Positions 25,682 through 37,080 of a stretch of 50,466 bases of DNA are shown piece after piece. This DNA is from Octopus bimaculoides. Lineage: Eukaryota. The translations under genes and the position numbers were made by a program. Every line of letters starts with the position of its first letter. The first letter of the stretch is position 1. The stretch lies in assembly GCF_001194135.2 (NCBI RefSeq), contig NC_068995.1, positions 266,872-317,337 of the forward strand. Direction: 5' to 3'. Below the pieces are notes generated by a model that did not search any database, was not told the origin of the DNA, and saw only the letters and a list, made by a program, of their open reading frames with translations.

Positions 25682-26880
25682 CTTTTATGTTTTACTTATT
25701 TCAGTCATTTGACTGCGGCTATGCTGGAGCGCCACCTTGAAAGGTTTTAGTGGGACAAACCGATTCCAGGACTTCTTTTTAAGCCTAGTNNNNNNNNNNN
25801 NNNNNNNNNNNNNNNNNNNNNNNNNNNNNNNNNNNNNNNNNNNNNNNNNNNNNNNNNNNNNNNNNNNNNNNNNNNNNNNNNNNNNNNNNNNNNNNNNNNN
25901 NNNNNNNNNNNNNNNNNNNNNNNNNNNNNNNNNNNNNNNNNNNNNNNNNNNNNNNNNNNNNNNNNNNNNNNNNNNNNNNNNNNNNNNNNNNNNNNNNNNN
26001 NNNNNNNNNNNNNNNNNNNNNNNNNNNNNNNNNNNNNNNNNNNNNNNNNNNNNNNNNNNNNNNNNNNNNNNNNNNNNNNNNNNNNNNNNNNNNNNNNNNN
26101 NNNNNNNNNNNNNNNNNNNNNNNNNNNNNNNNNNNNNNNNNNNNNNNNNNNNNNNNNNNNNNNNNNNNNNNNNNNNNNNNNNNNNNNNNNNNNNNNNNNN
26201 NNNNNNNNNNNNNNNNNNNNNNNNNNNNNNNNNNNNNNNNNNNNNNNNNNNNNNNNNNNNNNNNNNNNNNNNNNNNNNNNNNNNNNNNNNNNNNNNNNNN
26301 NNNNNNNNNNNNNNNNNNNNNNNNNNNNNNNNNNNNNNNNNNNNNNNNNNNNNNNNNNNNNNNNNNNNNNNNNNNNNNNNNNNNNNNNNNNNNNNNNNNN
26401 NNNNNNNNNNNNNNNNNNNNNNNNNNNNNNNNNNNNNNNNNNNNNNNNNNNNNNNNNNNNNNNNNNNNNNNNNNNNNNNNNNNNNNNNNNNNNNNNNNNN
26501 NNNNNNNNNNNNNNNNNNNNNNNNNNNNNNNNNNNNNNNNNNNNNNNNNNNNNNNNNNNNNNNNNNNNNNNNNNNNNNNNNNNNNNNNNNNNNNNNNNNN
26601 NNNNNNNNNNNNNNNNNNNNNNNNNNNNNNNNNNNNNNNNNNNNNNNNNNNNNNNNNNNNNNNNNNNNNNNNNNNNNNNNNNNNNNNNNNNNNNNNNNNN
26701 NNNNNNNNNNNNNNNNNNNNNNNNNNNNNNNNNNNNNNNNNNNNNNNTGTGTGTGTGTGTGTGTATATATAGGACGTGTTTTTCTCGGTTTCCGTCTACC
26801 AAATCCTTGTCAAAAAGCTTTGGTCGACCTGAGGCGATAGCAGAGGAGACTTTCCCCAATGTGCCACGCGGAACCATGTG
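25682..26880 (-). mobile_element. SINE family A copy spanning the 958-N gap
   Basis: The tail (25682-25789) runs into the gap; (TG)(TA) and the head/CORE part (26772-26880) emerge in the same orientation. Confidence 0.7.
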
Positions 26881-28393
26881 TTAAACTGTTCGACTAAACC
26901 TTTCGAGGAAGTGTCCCGAGATGGCTGGAATCCAATGATTGAAACCAGCTTTCTGTTCACGCGCGTACGTATGCATACTCACACAAACACACGCATACAT
27001 ATACATGCATATATTATATATGTGTGTGTGTGTGTGTGTGATAGTTAAGTTGTGCAACGTATATTAACGGACACACGACACACAGACATAAACACACAAA
27101 GCCTCGCACGCGCACACACGCACGCGCGCGCGGAACTAAAAGGCTGGAAACGTGACGTGTGATTTGTTGACATTCCGTGCTGTGAGTTGATCCCAGATGA
27201 GCCCTGCTCCGTTCATTGTATTTGATCCCTCGCCCCCAGTATAGTAGGGGCCTTCCTGCTTACACCAGCTGACCCTATACACAGGGCCTTCAACACTAAA
27301 GCCCCACATTACAGTCGATAATCTGCGTGGATTTGAACAAGGTGGTAGTAGTGGTGGTGGTGACGGCGGTGTTGTTGGTGGTGGTGGTGGTTGTTGGGCA
27401 ATGTCGTAGGTGTGTGGGGGGGTGCCAGACTGGACTAACAAGATGTGTTTGGTGGTATGCTTGTCTGGGTGTCTGGGTGGTTGTGTGGATGGGTTGGGGG
27501 GGGCAGTGAAAGCAGAGAGTACAAACGGTGAGGGGAGAGGAATGTCATTCCAGCAGGGGTGGGGAGTTGTGGTGGTTAGCAGATGTCTGGTGTTAGGAGT
27601 GGTGGTCGTGGTGTTGGATGCACTAGTGGTGGTGGTGTCGAAGGTGGTGTGTTGGGGTGATGATTGTGATAATGATGGTTATGATGATGGTGCTGGCGGT
27701 GGTGGCGGCGGCGGCGGCGGCGGTAACGGTGGTGGCGTTGGTATTAGATGTGGTGGTCACATCAGTGGATTTAGTCGTTGTAGAAGGTTCTTATTGGTGG
27801 TGGTGGTGTGGTGATGGAGAGACGGAGGATGGAAGCGGCAGAGGTAGTGTTGGTGCCAGTGGTTCTTTTTTGTTGTTGTTGTTTCTAATCTCAGCTCTCC
27901 CCTAATCTTACAATTCAAGGCGTTCCTCCCATGCCCTTCAAAGTCTTTCATTTGTACAAGGAATCCAGACTTTCGTTCTCCAATATATTATTGTTTTTAA
28001 GACAGCATGAAGAGATTGGAGGGAGATTTAGCTGCTATTACTGTTAGGCCAGACAACTACATAGAAATTCAGAGAGGTGTGTGCCTGTAGAAGTCGGGCC
28101 AGAGGAAGCATTTATAAACCTTTGAGAGTCTAGTTGACTCACCTCGCCACTTCTACGGAAGTGCAAGAAGAGTGACGTCACAGAACCAGTTCCAAGAATG
28201 TGAAAGGATGGATGCGTTATTGAAATCTTCCAAATGTTTATTTAAACGAATACAGACTTGATGTGGCGGCTTACGAACATCCCTAACACACACTGTCTTT
28301 CTTTCTCTCTCCCCCCTCTCTATCTCTCTCCCCCTCTCTATCTCCCTCGTGTCTGTGTTGCGTGTTATTCCATTATACGTGAGTGCACTAACC

Positions 28394-28636
28394 TATGAGA
28401 CTTGATCAATAAGTATGCGGACTGTTGCCATAGTAACGAAGCTAAACCACGCAGAGTGAAACCACTTGGCAAAGATAGACCTTGAACACTAAGTTTTAAC
28501 GTTCTAGCTCACTTCCGCTGTTTGCAGCAGGGCTTGGAAGGAACGTGTGTGGCGTGTGATCATCGCATTGACCATGACAGAGAAAGTTGTCATGACGACA
28601 CCTGCTCAGAGACATACGTAAGGTTGCAGAAAGTGT
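28394..28636 (+). mobile_element. Mariner-like DNA transposon 5' end, internally deleted
   Basis: TA followed by TIR-like tgagacttgatcaataagtatgcggact. ATG at 28574 gives MTEKV..DTCSETYVRLQKV, resembling a mariner N-terminal HTH region with the EQRxxIKF stretch deleted. Confidence 0.5.
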
Positions 28637-28848
28637 CTCACATATCTGGTTAGTAAAGTGAATTCGAGCGCTTCAAGGGTCTTGCAAAGGCAACCAACGC
28701 ATTTGGCGAACTCCATCATCGGTTACGGAATGAAAGGGACATGAAACTTGACACCAAAGAGCAGGTCCATAAAGCTGCCATTCTCACTCCTCTCTTGTAT
28801 GGCCCAGAATCGTGGATACCCTACAGATGACACATCAACCAACTCGAT
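28637..28848 (+). mobile_element. RTE (BovB-like) LINE RT C-terminal fragment
   Basis: LTYLVSKVNSSAS, then KATNAFGELHHRLRNERDMKLDTKEQVHKAAILTPLLYGPESWIPYR*HINQLD (compare FTYLGS..KASxAFGRL..TKxxVYxAxVLxxLLYGxExW). Confidence 0.8.
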
Positions 28849-29670
28849 ATGATCAAAGAGATTCCAGTTGTGACCATCATGTCTTTAATTTCTTGCTTGT
28901 CTCAATTATTTCTGATCCAAAGATGATTAAACAAAGAGATTCAGACGGACATCCGTCCATCTTTTCTTTCTAACCCCAGAACGGTGGAGCTTCTAAGAGA
29001 TCCTTCAAGATACAAGAAATAACAGCTATATCTCACTTAAAAGAATCCCATCCTCCATTCATAAGACAAAATGGCGATGCCAGGAACGTTTCTAAATTCT
29101 AGATTTGATCATCGAGAGCCGACCTGAAATTAGACAAACAACAACAACAACAACAATAACGACGACAGCGACGACGGTGGCGGCGACAACAATATAGTAA
29201 TCGTTATTTTTTATATGATAACGTACAAGCCTAGATTTGCAGTCAATTGGACCACAGAAACCCGTGTACTACTGGAACTTAATGAACTTTGTATTCAATT
29301 ACTATCGAACCAGCGACGGAGACTCTACATGGTTATTCTATCTGCTAACAATAGCAGCCAAATGCACCTAAAATGCAAACACTGACTTGAGAAATAAGAA
29401 AGGACTTCATTTAGTAGAGTAGTTATACTGGTCCTAAAATAGAGAAGTGAGTCATGGCTGGAAAGTCTTTGATCATTCGTTGGATCGATCATGATTAACC
29501 TAGGGATTAGTTAAACCCGATTGGATTAAATGGATTAAAATGTGTGACATGGGAAGTAACTCATACATTCTGGAAATTTATTTTAACTGGCATGGATTAT
29601 CTCCCTGTCACCGGTTTATCTTCAATTTCTTGAAGAAATGACTGACAGGTCTCTCTCTCCCTCCCTCTCT

Positions 29671-29713
<43 letters not shown>

Positions 29714-29998
29714 NNNNNNNNNNNNNNNNNNNNNNNNNNNNNNNNNNNNNNNNNNNNNNNNNNNNNNNNNNAATTTCAAAAAAAAAATATGGTAAATGTC
29801 TTAATTTTTCATTCTCCTTGAAAGTGCTCTTAAATGTGGTTTTGGTCGTTTTGACTGCTTCTTCTAGCGTGTAAAATTACCTGTTGAAGGCAGTTTTCTC
29901 TTGGGTTTAAATGTATAATATTTTATATTGAAAATATGTTGTCTATTGACTTTTTATACATTCTAGGCCACTGGTAGGGAAATTTCTAAAAATATTTG

Positions 29999-30036
<38 letters not shown>

Positions 30037-30037
<1 letters not shown>

Positions 30038-30370
30038 TTTTATCCTGTTACTTGTTTCACTCATTTGATTGCAGCCATGCTGGATCACCACCTTGAAGGG
30101 TTTTAGTCAAACAAATCGACCAAGAACTTATTTTATTAGGCCTAGTGTTTATTGTATGGGTCTTTTGCCGAACCGCTAGGCTGCGGAGACGTAAACACAC
30201 CAACACCGGTTGACAAGCGATGGTGGCAAACAAACACAGATTCAAAGATACACAGACAGATATATACATATGCACATGCGACGAGCTTCTGCCAGTTTCC
30301 GTCAACCAAATCCATTCACAAGGATTGGTCGGCCCGAATCTACAGCAGAAGACACTTGCCCAACGTGCCA
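30037..30370 (-). mobile_element. SINE family A: tail, short internal microsatellite and CORE-like segment (5' tip lost)
   Basis: Colinear with 34511-34910. Confidence 0.85.
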
Positions 30371-31430
30371 GTTTTGCAGTCTATCTCCAAACCAGCGTCT
30401 CCTTTCTTCCAGTAAACTGATAATCAAAGGTTCTCAAGGAGCTTGGCTGATATTTCCAGTTGGCCAAGCAACCAGAAACAGGCTTTATTGTAGTCTTTAT
30501 ATTATTCTATATAATTTAAGACAATAACGTGTTTTCAGGCAGATTTGTCTATTTCCAGAAAATCAAGCCACTATGCGGTGACTCCCTCGTTGAGCCGGCG
30601 TTCCCTAATGCTTTTTAAGAGAGTATTGTGTGTGATATCAGGAAATTATGGCTGCTGTTTCTAACAACTGAAATAATGGGTGTGGTTGTGGGAAGATAGG
30701 AACTATCTGTTGTGACTAATGTAACACTTCATTAAACGGGAAGAGAAAAGAATTCTGAAAGTTTGGGTTTAAGAAAATGAACTGCGCCCAACACCCTCAC
30801 CCACATACAATGGACAAAGAAGAAAAGAAAGAAAAACATTACGGTGGTATGTACTATATTCATGTATGTGTGCATGTGTATACACACACAACTATTTGTC
30901 TGTCGGTGTGGGTTTCACAGTTTCACCTAAAAAGACATCAAGGTGTGTCTTTCAGTCGTTTAGCTTTGTAAATTTACCAAAGGTATACATACACACACAC
31001 AGTTTATCTATCTAAGCATAGCTTCCCATAAAACGCCGTTATTTCCTATAATTCCAACCATATAAACAATGCGTACGTACATATATACACACATACATAG
31101 ATGAATGTGTGTGTATGCGAGTGTATGCGTGTGTATTTGTGTGTATGTGTATACATATTTATGTATGTATTCCTTTATTTCAAGGCAACTCTTTCCCACC
31201 CTGTCACAGGACAACATCACATGTTATAAACAGTTGTCTGAAGATCCTTTGGTGTCAACTTCCTAATGACTCCTTCTTGGTCATCGCTGCCATTGTTAGG
31301 CTTTTCACTGTTTAGTAATCATGAAGCTAGTTTAGTCGCGGTTACCCCCTGTATTTAGAGGCCGTTCTATCACACGTCATTTTTGGACGTCTCCTGCTGC
31401 TGTGCAACTCTACAAAAGAGAAAAGGGTCT

Positions 31431-31550
31431 GCTTGCAACCTCTAGGTTTCACATTGGTTACCCATTTAAGTACTTGTTAGGCTCGATATTGCTGAACGTC
31501 GATGATATGGCGGCGAGAACCGATGATATCGATGTGCTGTGGATGTAAAT
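31431..31550 (-). pseudogene. 5S rRNA-derived sequence (pseudogene or SINE3 head)
   Basis: The 120-nt reverse complement contains catcggttctcgccg..atcatcgacgttcagcaatatcgagcc..agtacttaaatgggtaacc, colinear with invertebrate 5S caccggttctcgtccgatcaccgaagttaagcaacgtcgagcc..agtacttggatgggtgacc as I recall it. Box C is decayed (GG>AA). Confidence 0.8.
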
Positions 31551-32725
31551 GGATGCGGTACCCTGTGCAGCCAATTGTCATGACAACGTACCTGCCCATT
31601 CAGTGCAGTATGTGTAGGAGTTTTGGTGAGGCACAGAATTTCCCAGGTCCCGGCCCTTGAGACTCTTTCCTCTTTCCAAAAATCAAATGCGACGAGGCAG
31701 CTGCTGATTGTCCCAGAAAATGAGTTCCAGGAATGCTTCCATCAATGGAAGCATTCCTGAATTAAGTGGGTGGATTCCGAAAGGGGCTGGTTTGAAGGAG
31801 ATTAAGGGCCAAATTGGTACGCGTTGTAGTCTTGTTTTTATAGCACCAGTCCGGATACTTATTGATCAGACTTCGTGTGCGTGTGCGTGTGTATATATAT
31901 ATATGTGTGTGTGCATGTATGTATGTATGTATGTATGTGTGTGTGTGTACGTATGCAATGTTTATTTTGGTGTTTGGTATTTTGATAGTGGAACATTTAT
32001 TCGTTCGGGCCCGGACTCGTAGTGTCTCAGTTTCTCGCGCAAGAGTGACGGCGTGTTGATGTGGTGCGGCGGCAGTAGTCTCGGGTGGTGTGGTAGTTCC
32101 GGGTGATGAGGTGGTAGTATTGTGCGTCATGAGGAGCTGAGGTAACGGTGGGATGGGGTGGGGTTCGTAGTTTGGTGGTTTTTGTGGTGTGCGGCGAACT
32201 AACAAAACTACAAGACACTCGATAAACGACTAATTGGTGTGAGCAAACAAAGACAGGGGGCGTTGATGTGGCTTCAGAATGACATGAAACGCCCCCTATA
32301 GACGTTCCTTAGAAGACACGTGTCACAGGACCCGACCCCCTACCCCCAGGGGTACTAGCTAACTCATTTAATTAATTTAATGTGTCTACAGGACAATACT
32401 TGGTGTATTCCTCCGGGAGACAGTTAACTGTCAATTTTCCTGCAGAATTCCTTTTGTATAAATGTCTAAATTAATGCCATAGTGTTGTTTATTATAATGT
32501 TTATTTATAGTAGAAATGTTGTTTTGTTTTATTGAAACATTTCTAATATTGTTTTTTCCTTATTCAAGTGATGATAATAATGACAACAATAATAATAACA
32601 ATAATAATAACAACATCCCCTCCTCAAACTTTCAATCATTCTGTAACATCCCTTATCCGTCACTCGCCCTGGGACGCTAGGTGTATCTCGGTAAGTGATT
32701 GTAACAAACATGCAGATTAAACGTA

Positions 32726-32761
<36 letters not shown>

Positions 32762-33218
32762 GAAGAAGAAAAATTGTTTTGCATATGTCTATTTTAATTA
32801 TTTAAATTTTTATATATTTGGCGTAATTATATATTATAAAGTGTTCTTTGAGAGAGGTGATGTGTCGGTGTGGTGGTGGTGGGGCGGGGTTGTTTCTGTG
32901 TTGTGGTTGTGTCGAGGCGGTCTGTTGTTGCGGTAGTGGATTAAAGTGGTGGCGATGTTGCGTTGTTAGCTTACAGCTGCGGGACGAGGTTTATTTTTTA
33001 TATAATATTTTCTTACACTAATATTCTCTATTTAGTATTATAATATTGATTTAGTATCATAATCTCTATTCTGTTTTATGTTTGTTGTTTACTTAGTCTT
33101 GTATCTTGTTACAATTTCTATTTAGTGTTATAATTTACATTCAATATTGTCATGTCAATTTTATACCATACCGTGCATTTAATGTTGTCATGTATTTACG
33201 ATGAAAAGTGCGCGCGCA

Positions 33219-33311
<93 letters not shown>

Positions 33312-33453
33312 CTTGTACATGAAGCACGGTCCATCTATCTAGGCTTGACCACAAGAATTGTTCCTGAAAAGAAGATGGAGAGATAGGAAGAGAAGAATCT
33401 GCCCAAGTACAGTACTCGTACTTCATTTATCAACCCCGGAAGGGTTGATAAAT

Positions 33454-33508
<55 letters not shown>

Positions 33509-33513
33509 ATGCA

Positions 33514-34470
33514 CAGGGTGTTGCAGAGAAATTGAGACTAATTTTAAGTAGTTAACTTAATGGGTTTAACTTTTCCTTTTTTTGACAAAAGCTTGCTTGC
33601 TTGAAAATGTAATCCTCTTCCTCTTTATTTTTCAGGTTAATAGCGAACTGATCCAACAACAGAAAGTCAAGAAACAACAGAATCGTTCCGCCATTGTTGT
33701 TTTGGTGCGCCGAACACGCTGCCAATAAAATTGTTAAGTTGAACGAAACTTCCAAAAGCAACAGTTTATTGTGTGTAGAAAGAACACAAGATTCCAAGTG
33801 CAATCCAGAATTTCTGGCTGGCCTCAAACTCTCGATTGAAGCCAACCCAGCCACATCCTTGACAACTCTTGTGTCCTTTTCCACGGTGTCCAGGACTATG
33901 AACAGAAACCTTGGCATGACGAGCTGCTATGTTCAACGACGCCGTCACCTCCCTAACATCCAAAGCAATCAGAGCCGGGAGATGCCTAAAGCTTCTGTCA
34001 TTCATCAAGCATCAAGTTGAAGGAAAACTTCTCGTGTTTATGGATGAGAAGTTCACTGTGGATGCTGAGGTGAAACGGAGATATTATCGAGTGATTGCAT
34101 GCAACCCTTCTGACGACCCCTTATATATAATTTGAGCCGTGGCGTGTGATGAAAGTGTCATGGATCCACACTTTATTGAGTCTGGCTGGAGGATCAGCAC
34201 AAAGGAGTATCTGGACATCCTGAAGAACTCTCTGTTACTCTGGACGGAGCAGAAGTTTGGGCTTGACAATGTGGTGCTTATCCAGGGTTCTGCTCCATGC
34301 CCTGGGTCAAAAGCAACACAGGTCTTCCTTGGTGAGAAGGTGCTATTTATATGAGGGCCAAAATCTGGCCCAGTAAGAGCCCAGATCCCAACCGTCTTGA
34401 TTGCTTTTTATGGGGCGTTCTTCAAGCAAAGAGCAACGCTTCACCACACTCGTGCGTCAACAGTTTGAAG
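33514..34470 (+). mobile_element. Tc1/mariner-superfamily transposon of maT (DD37D-like) type, decayed, left end present
   Basis: Left end CAGGGTGTTGCAG. Pieces read LVFMDEK-FTVD, PHFIESG..EYLDILK, QGSAP (catalytic D>G) and WPSKSPDPNRLDCFLWGVLQAKSNASPHSCVNSLK. There are about 36-37 residues between the second and third acidic positions after correcting a frameshift. Confidence 0.8.
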
Positions 34471-34510
34471 ACCTGTTATTATTATTAATATTATTATCAT
34501 TATTGTTATA

Positions 34511-34712
34511 TTCTGTTCCTTGTTTCAATCATTTGACTGCGGCCATGATGGAGCCTTTAGTCGAGCAAATCGACCCCAGAACTTATTCTTTGTAAGCCCA
34601 GTACTTATTCTATCGGTCGCTTTTGCCGAACCGCTAAGTTACGGGGACGTAAACACACCACCATCGGTTGTCAAGCGATGTTGGGGGGACAAACACAGAC
34701 ACACAAACATAT

Positions 34713-34743
<31 letters not shown>

Positions 34744-34910
34744 CATATATACGACGTGCTTCTTTCAGTTTCTGTCTACCAAATCCACTCACAAGGCTTT
34801 GGTCGGCCCGACGCTATAGTAGAAGACACTTGCCCAAGGTGCCACGCAGTGGAATTGAACCCGGAACCATGTGTTTGGTAAGCAAGCTACTTACCACACA
34901 GCCACTCCTG
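34511..34910 (-). mobile_element. SINE family A, best full-length copy (tRNA head, CORE-like segment, internal microsatellite, unique tail)
   Basis: Reverse complement: caggagtggctgtgtggtaag (A box), gggttcaattcc (B box), gcaccttgggcaagtg (CORE-like), (TA)n(TG)n, then a tail ending catggccgcagtcaaatgattgaaacaag. Sits within an (ATT)n tract. Confidence 0.9.
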
Positions 34911-35283
34911 ATTATTATTATTATTATTTTCTCTCTATCACAGGTTTTGTTGGAGCTCCTGGAGTCTTGCCTGCGTAGTCGGTGGCAGGGCAGCGTGTAA
35001 GATCAGAAGGCGTCCCAAACTGATGAGACGAATAAGTTAGGCTAACGAAGATGACGACAACGTTGATGATGATGATGATGATGGTGGTGGTGATGACTAC
35101 AACGACTATGACGATGATTTAGAAGCACCAGCATGATCAGCAGTCCAAAGCGTATAAATCGAGAAGCTTAATAGAATCAGTCAGGTGCGACTGATCCGCC
35201 GACCCAGGGACAGGTTGTCAACTCACTTGTCACTAACAACTAAACCACGACACCACAACTTTTCCTCTTCCCACTTCCACTGC

Positions 35284-35371
35284 ACCTTCTCCTTACCTCA
35301 TCCCCACCTTCTTCTGACCTCATCCCCACCTTCTTCTGACCTCATCCCCACCTTCTCCTGACCTCACCCCC
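35284..35371. repeat. 22-bp minisatellite, 4 copies
   Basis: Unit ACCTTCTTCTGACCTCATCCCC. Confidence 0.9.
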
Positions 35372-35849
35372 AACTTAACCCCAGGGAGGCAGGACGTTGG
35401 GTGTGCAAGGAAAAGGCTTTATTATTATTTGTCGGTAATAAAGTTACTACTTTGACCTTTAACCCACAAATTTGCATATCCACCCACCACTCCCCCCACA
35501 CCCCACTAAATCACATGACTCAATGAAGAAGCATATTTGTTAGAAATAGCAGCCAAATTCCCTTCACATCACCATTAGAAAATATAACCAAAGAGGTTCC
35601 CTTAAATCACCTCCTTTACTGCCTAAGAAAAAGCTGCCTTGAACACAGGAAAAAGGCAGGATGGTCACATCTGGGAATGCTCTGAGTCAGCTTCATCACT
35701 TCAACAAGTTCTCTGTAAGTTCTATATCGCTTGTTGATATTTTGCTGGTAGAACTTCTGATCGGGGCTTTCGGTTCAATTCAGACGGTTATTTGAAACTG
35801 CTGGGGACTGTGGCATAAACTATGACTGGAGAGGGGTTGCTGCCGGATG

Positions 35850-36108
35850 GCCACATGCGTGGCCACGGGTTCGGATTCCTTGCCATGTCTACGGAAAGAG
35901 TCAGAAATATATATATGCGTGTGTGTGTGTCCCTGCCATCGCTTGACAATCGATGTTGGTGTGTTTACGTCCCCGAAATCTAACGGTGGAATAAGTACTA
36001 GGCTTACAAAGAGTAAGTCCTGGAGTCGATTTCTTCGACTAAAGGCGGTGCTCCAACATGGCCGCAGTCAAATGACTGAAACAAGTAAAAAAAAAACATA
36101 AAAGAATA
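35850..36108 (+). mobile_element. SINE family A with an internally deleted head, microsatellite and intact tail
   Basis: B-box-like GGTTCGGATTCC (35868-35879), then (TA)(TG), then a tail closely matching 34511-34690. Confidence 0.8.
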
Positions 36109-36670
36109 TATATATACATATATATACAGCTTTATGTGTGTGTGTGTGTGTGTGTATTCATATGCAAATATATGCATGAATATCCTGTATAAAACTGAGT
36201 TTATGACTTATGTGCATCTGATTGCGTGAATGTGTGTATATATATATATGTGTGTATCAATGCGTGCGCGTGTGTGGGCGTGCATGCGTGCTTGTACGTG
36301 TATATGTTTGGTGTATGTGTGTGTGTGTGAGTTTGTATGTGTGTGTGTGAGTTTGTATGTGTGACCTTATGTGCGTGCATGCTTAATCGCCACGTGCGCT
36401 AAGTGATAATATAAAACGGATGTCTACTCCATGCAAGATTAAACCTAATCTAAAATGTCGCTGAAGCGATAAAACTTTCAAATACAAAACACATTTCAAT
36501 TGCTGTAAATAACAAATATAATTCTTCTTCTCTTCCCAACTGTTACTCCGAAATTCATCTGCTTTCATAAGATCGAAATAGGCCTTGCAATATCCCCCCC
36601 CCTCTCTTATATATATTATCTTTTATATAGTTTCAGCTTAGAGCTGCGGCAATGCTGATGCACCGCCGTG

Positions 36671-36716
<46 letters not shown>

Positions 36717-36722
36717 TCTCTT

Positions 36723-36763
<41 letters not shown>

Positions 36764-36765
36764 TT

Positions 36766-36797
<32 letters not shown>

Positions 36798-36798
<1 letters not shown>

Positions 36799-37002
36799 GT
36801 CTGCAGACCGCTTAACAACCAGCATTGGTTTGTTAACCTTCCTGAGACTTAGCAGTTCGGCATAAAGTATTGCTAGAATAATTACCAGACTAAAGATATC
36901 GATAAAAGTAAGCACTAGGGTCCGTTTGGTCAACTAAACTCTTCAAGGCGGTGCCCCAGCAAGGCCACAGTCCAATGAGTGAAAGAAGTAAAAGATTCAA
37001 AG
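36798..37002 (+). mobile_element. SINE family A tail preceded by a (TA)(TC)(TG) tract
   Basis: cgcttaacaaccagcattgg..ttagcagttcggc..ttcaaggcggtgccccagcaaggccacagtccaatgagtgaaagaagtaaaag. Confidence 0.8.
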
Positions 37003-37080
37003 TATTAAACACAATATATATTATGTATGTATGTATGTGTGTATGTGTGTATGTGTGTGTGTGTATGTATGTATGCGTGT

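Noticed and set aside
28172-28181. CRE palindrome GTGACGTCAC
   Set aside because: A single short site with no supporting context; about one is plausible by chance in 50 kb.
35021-35050. CTGATGAG hammerhead-like heptamer
   Set aside because: No stem II-GAAA arrangement follows.
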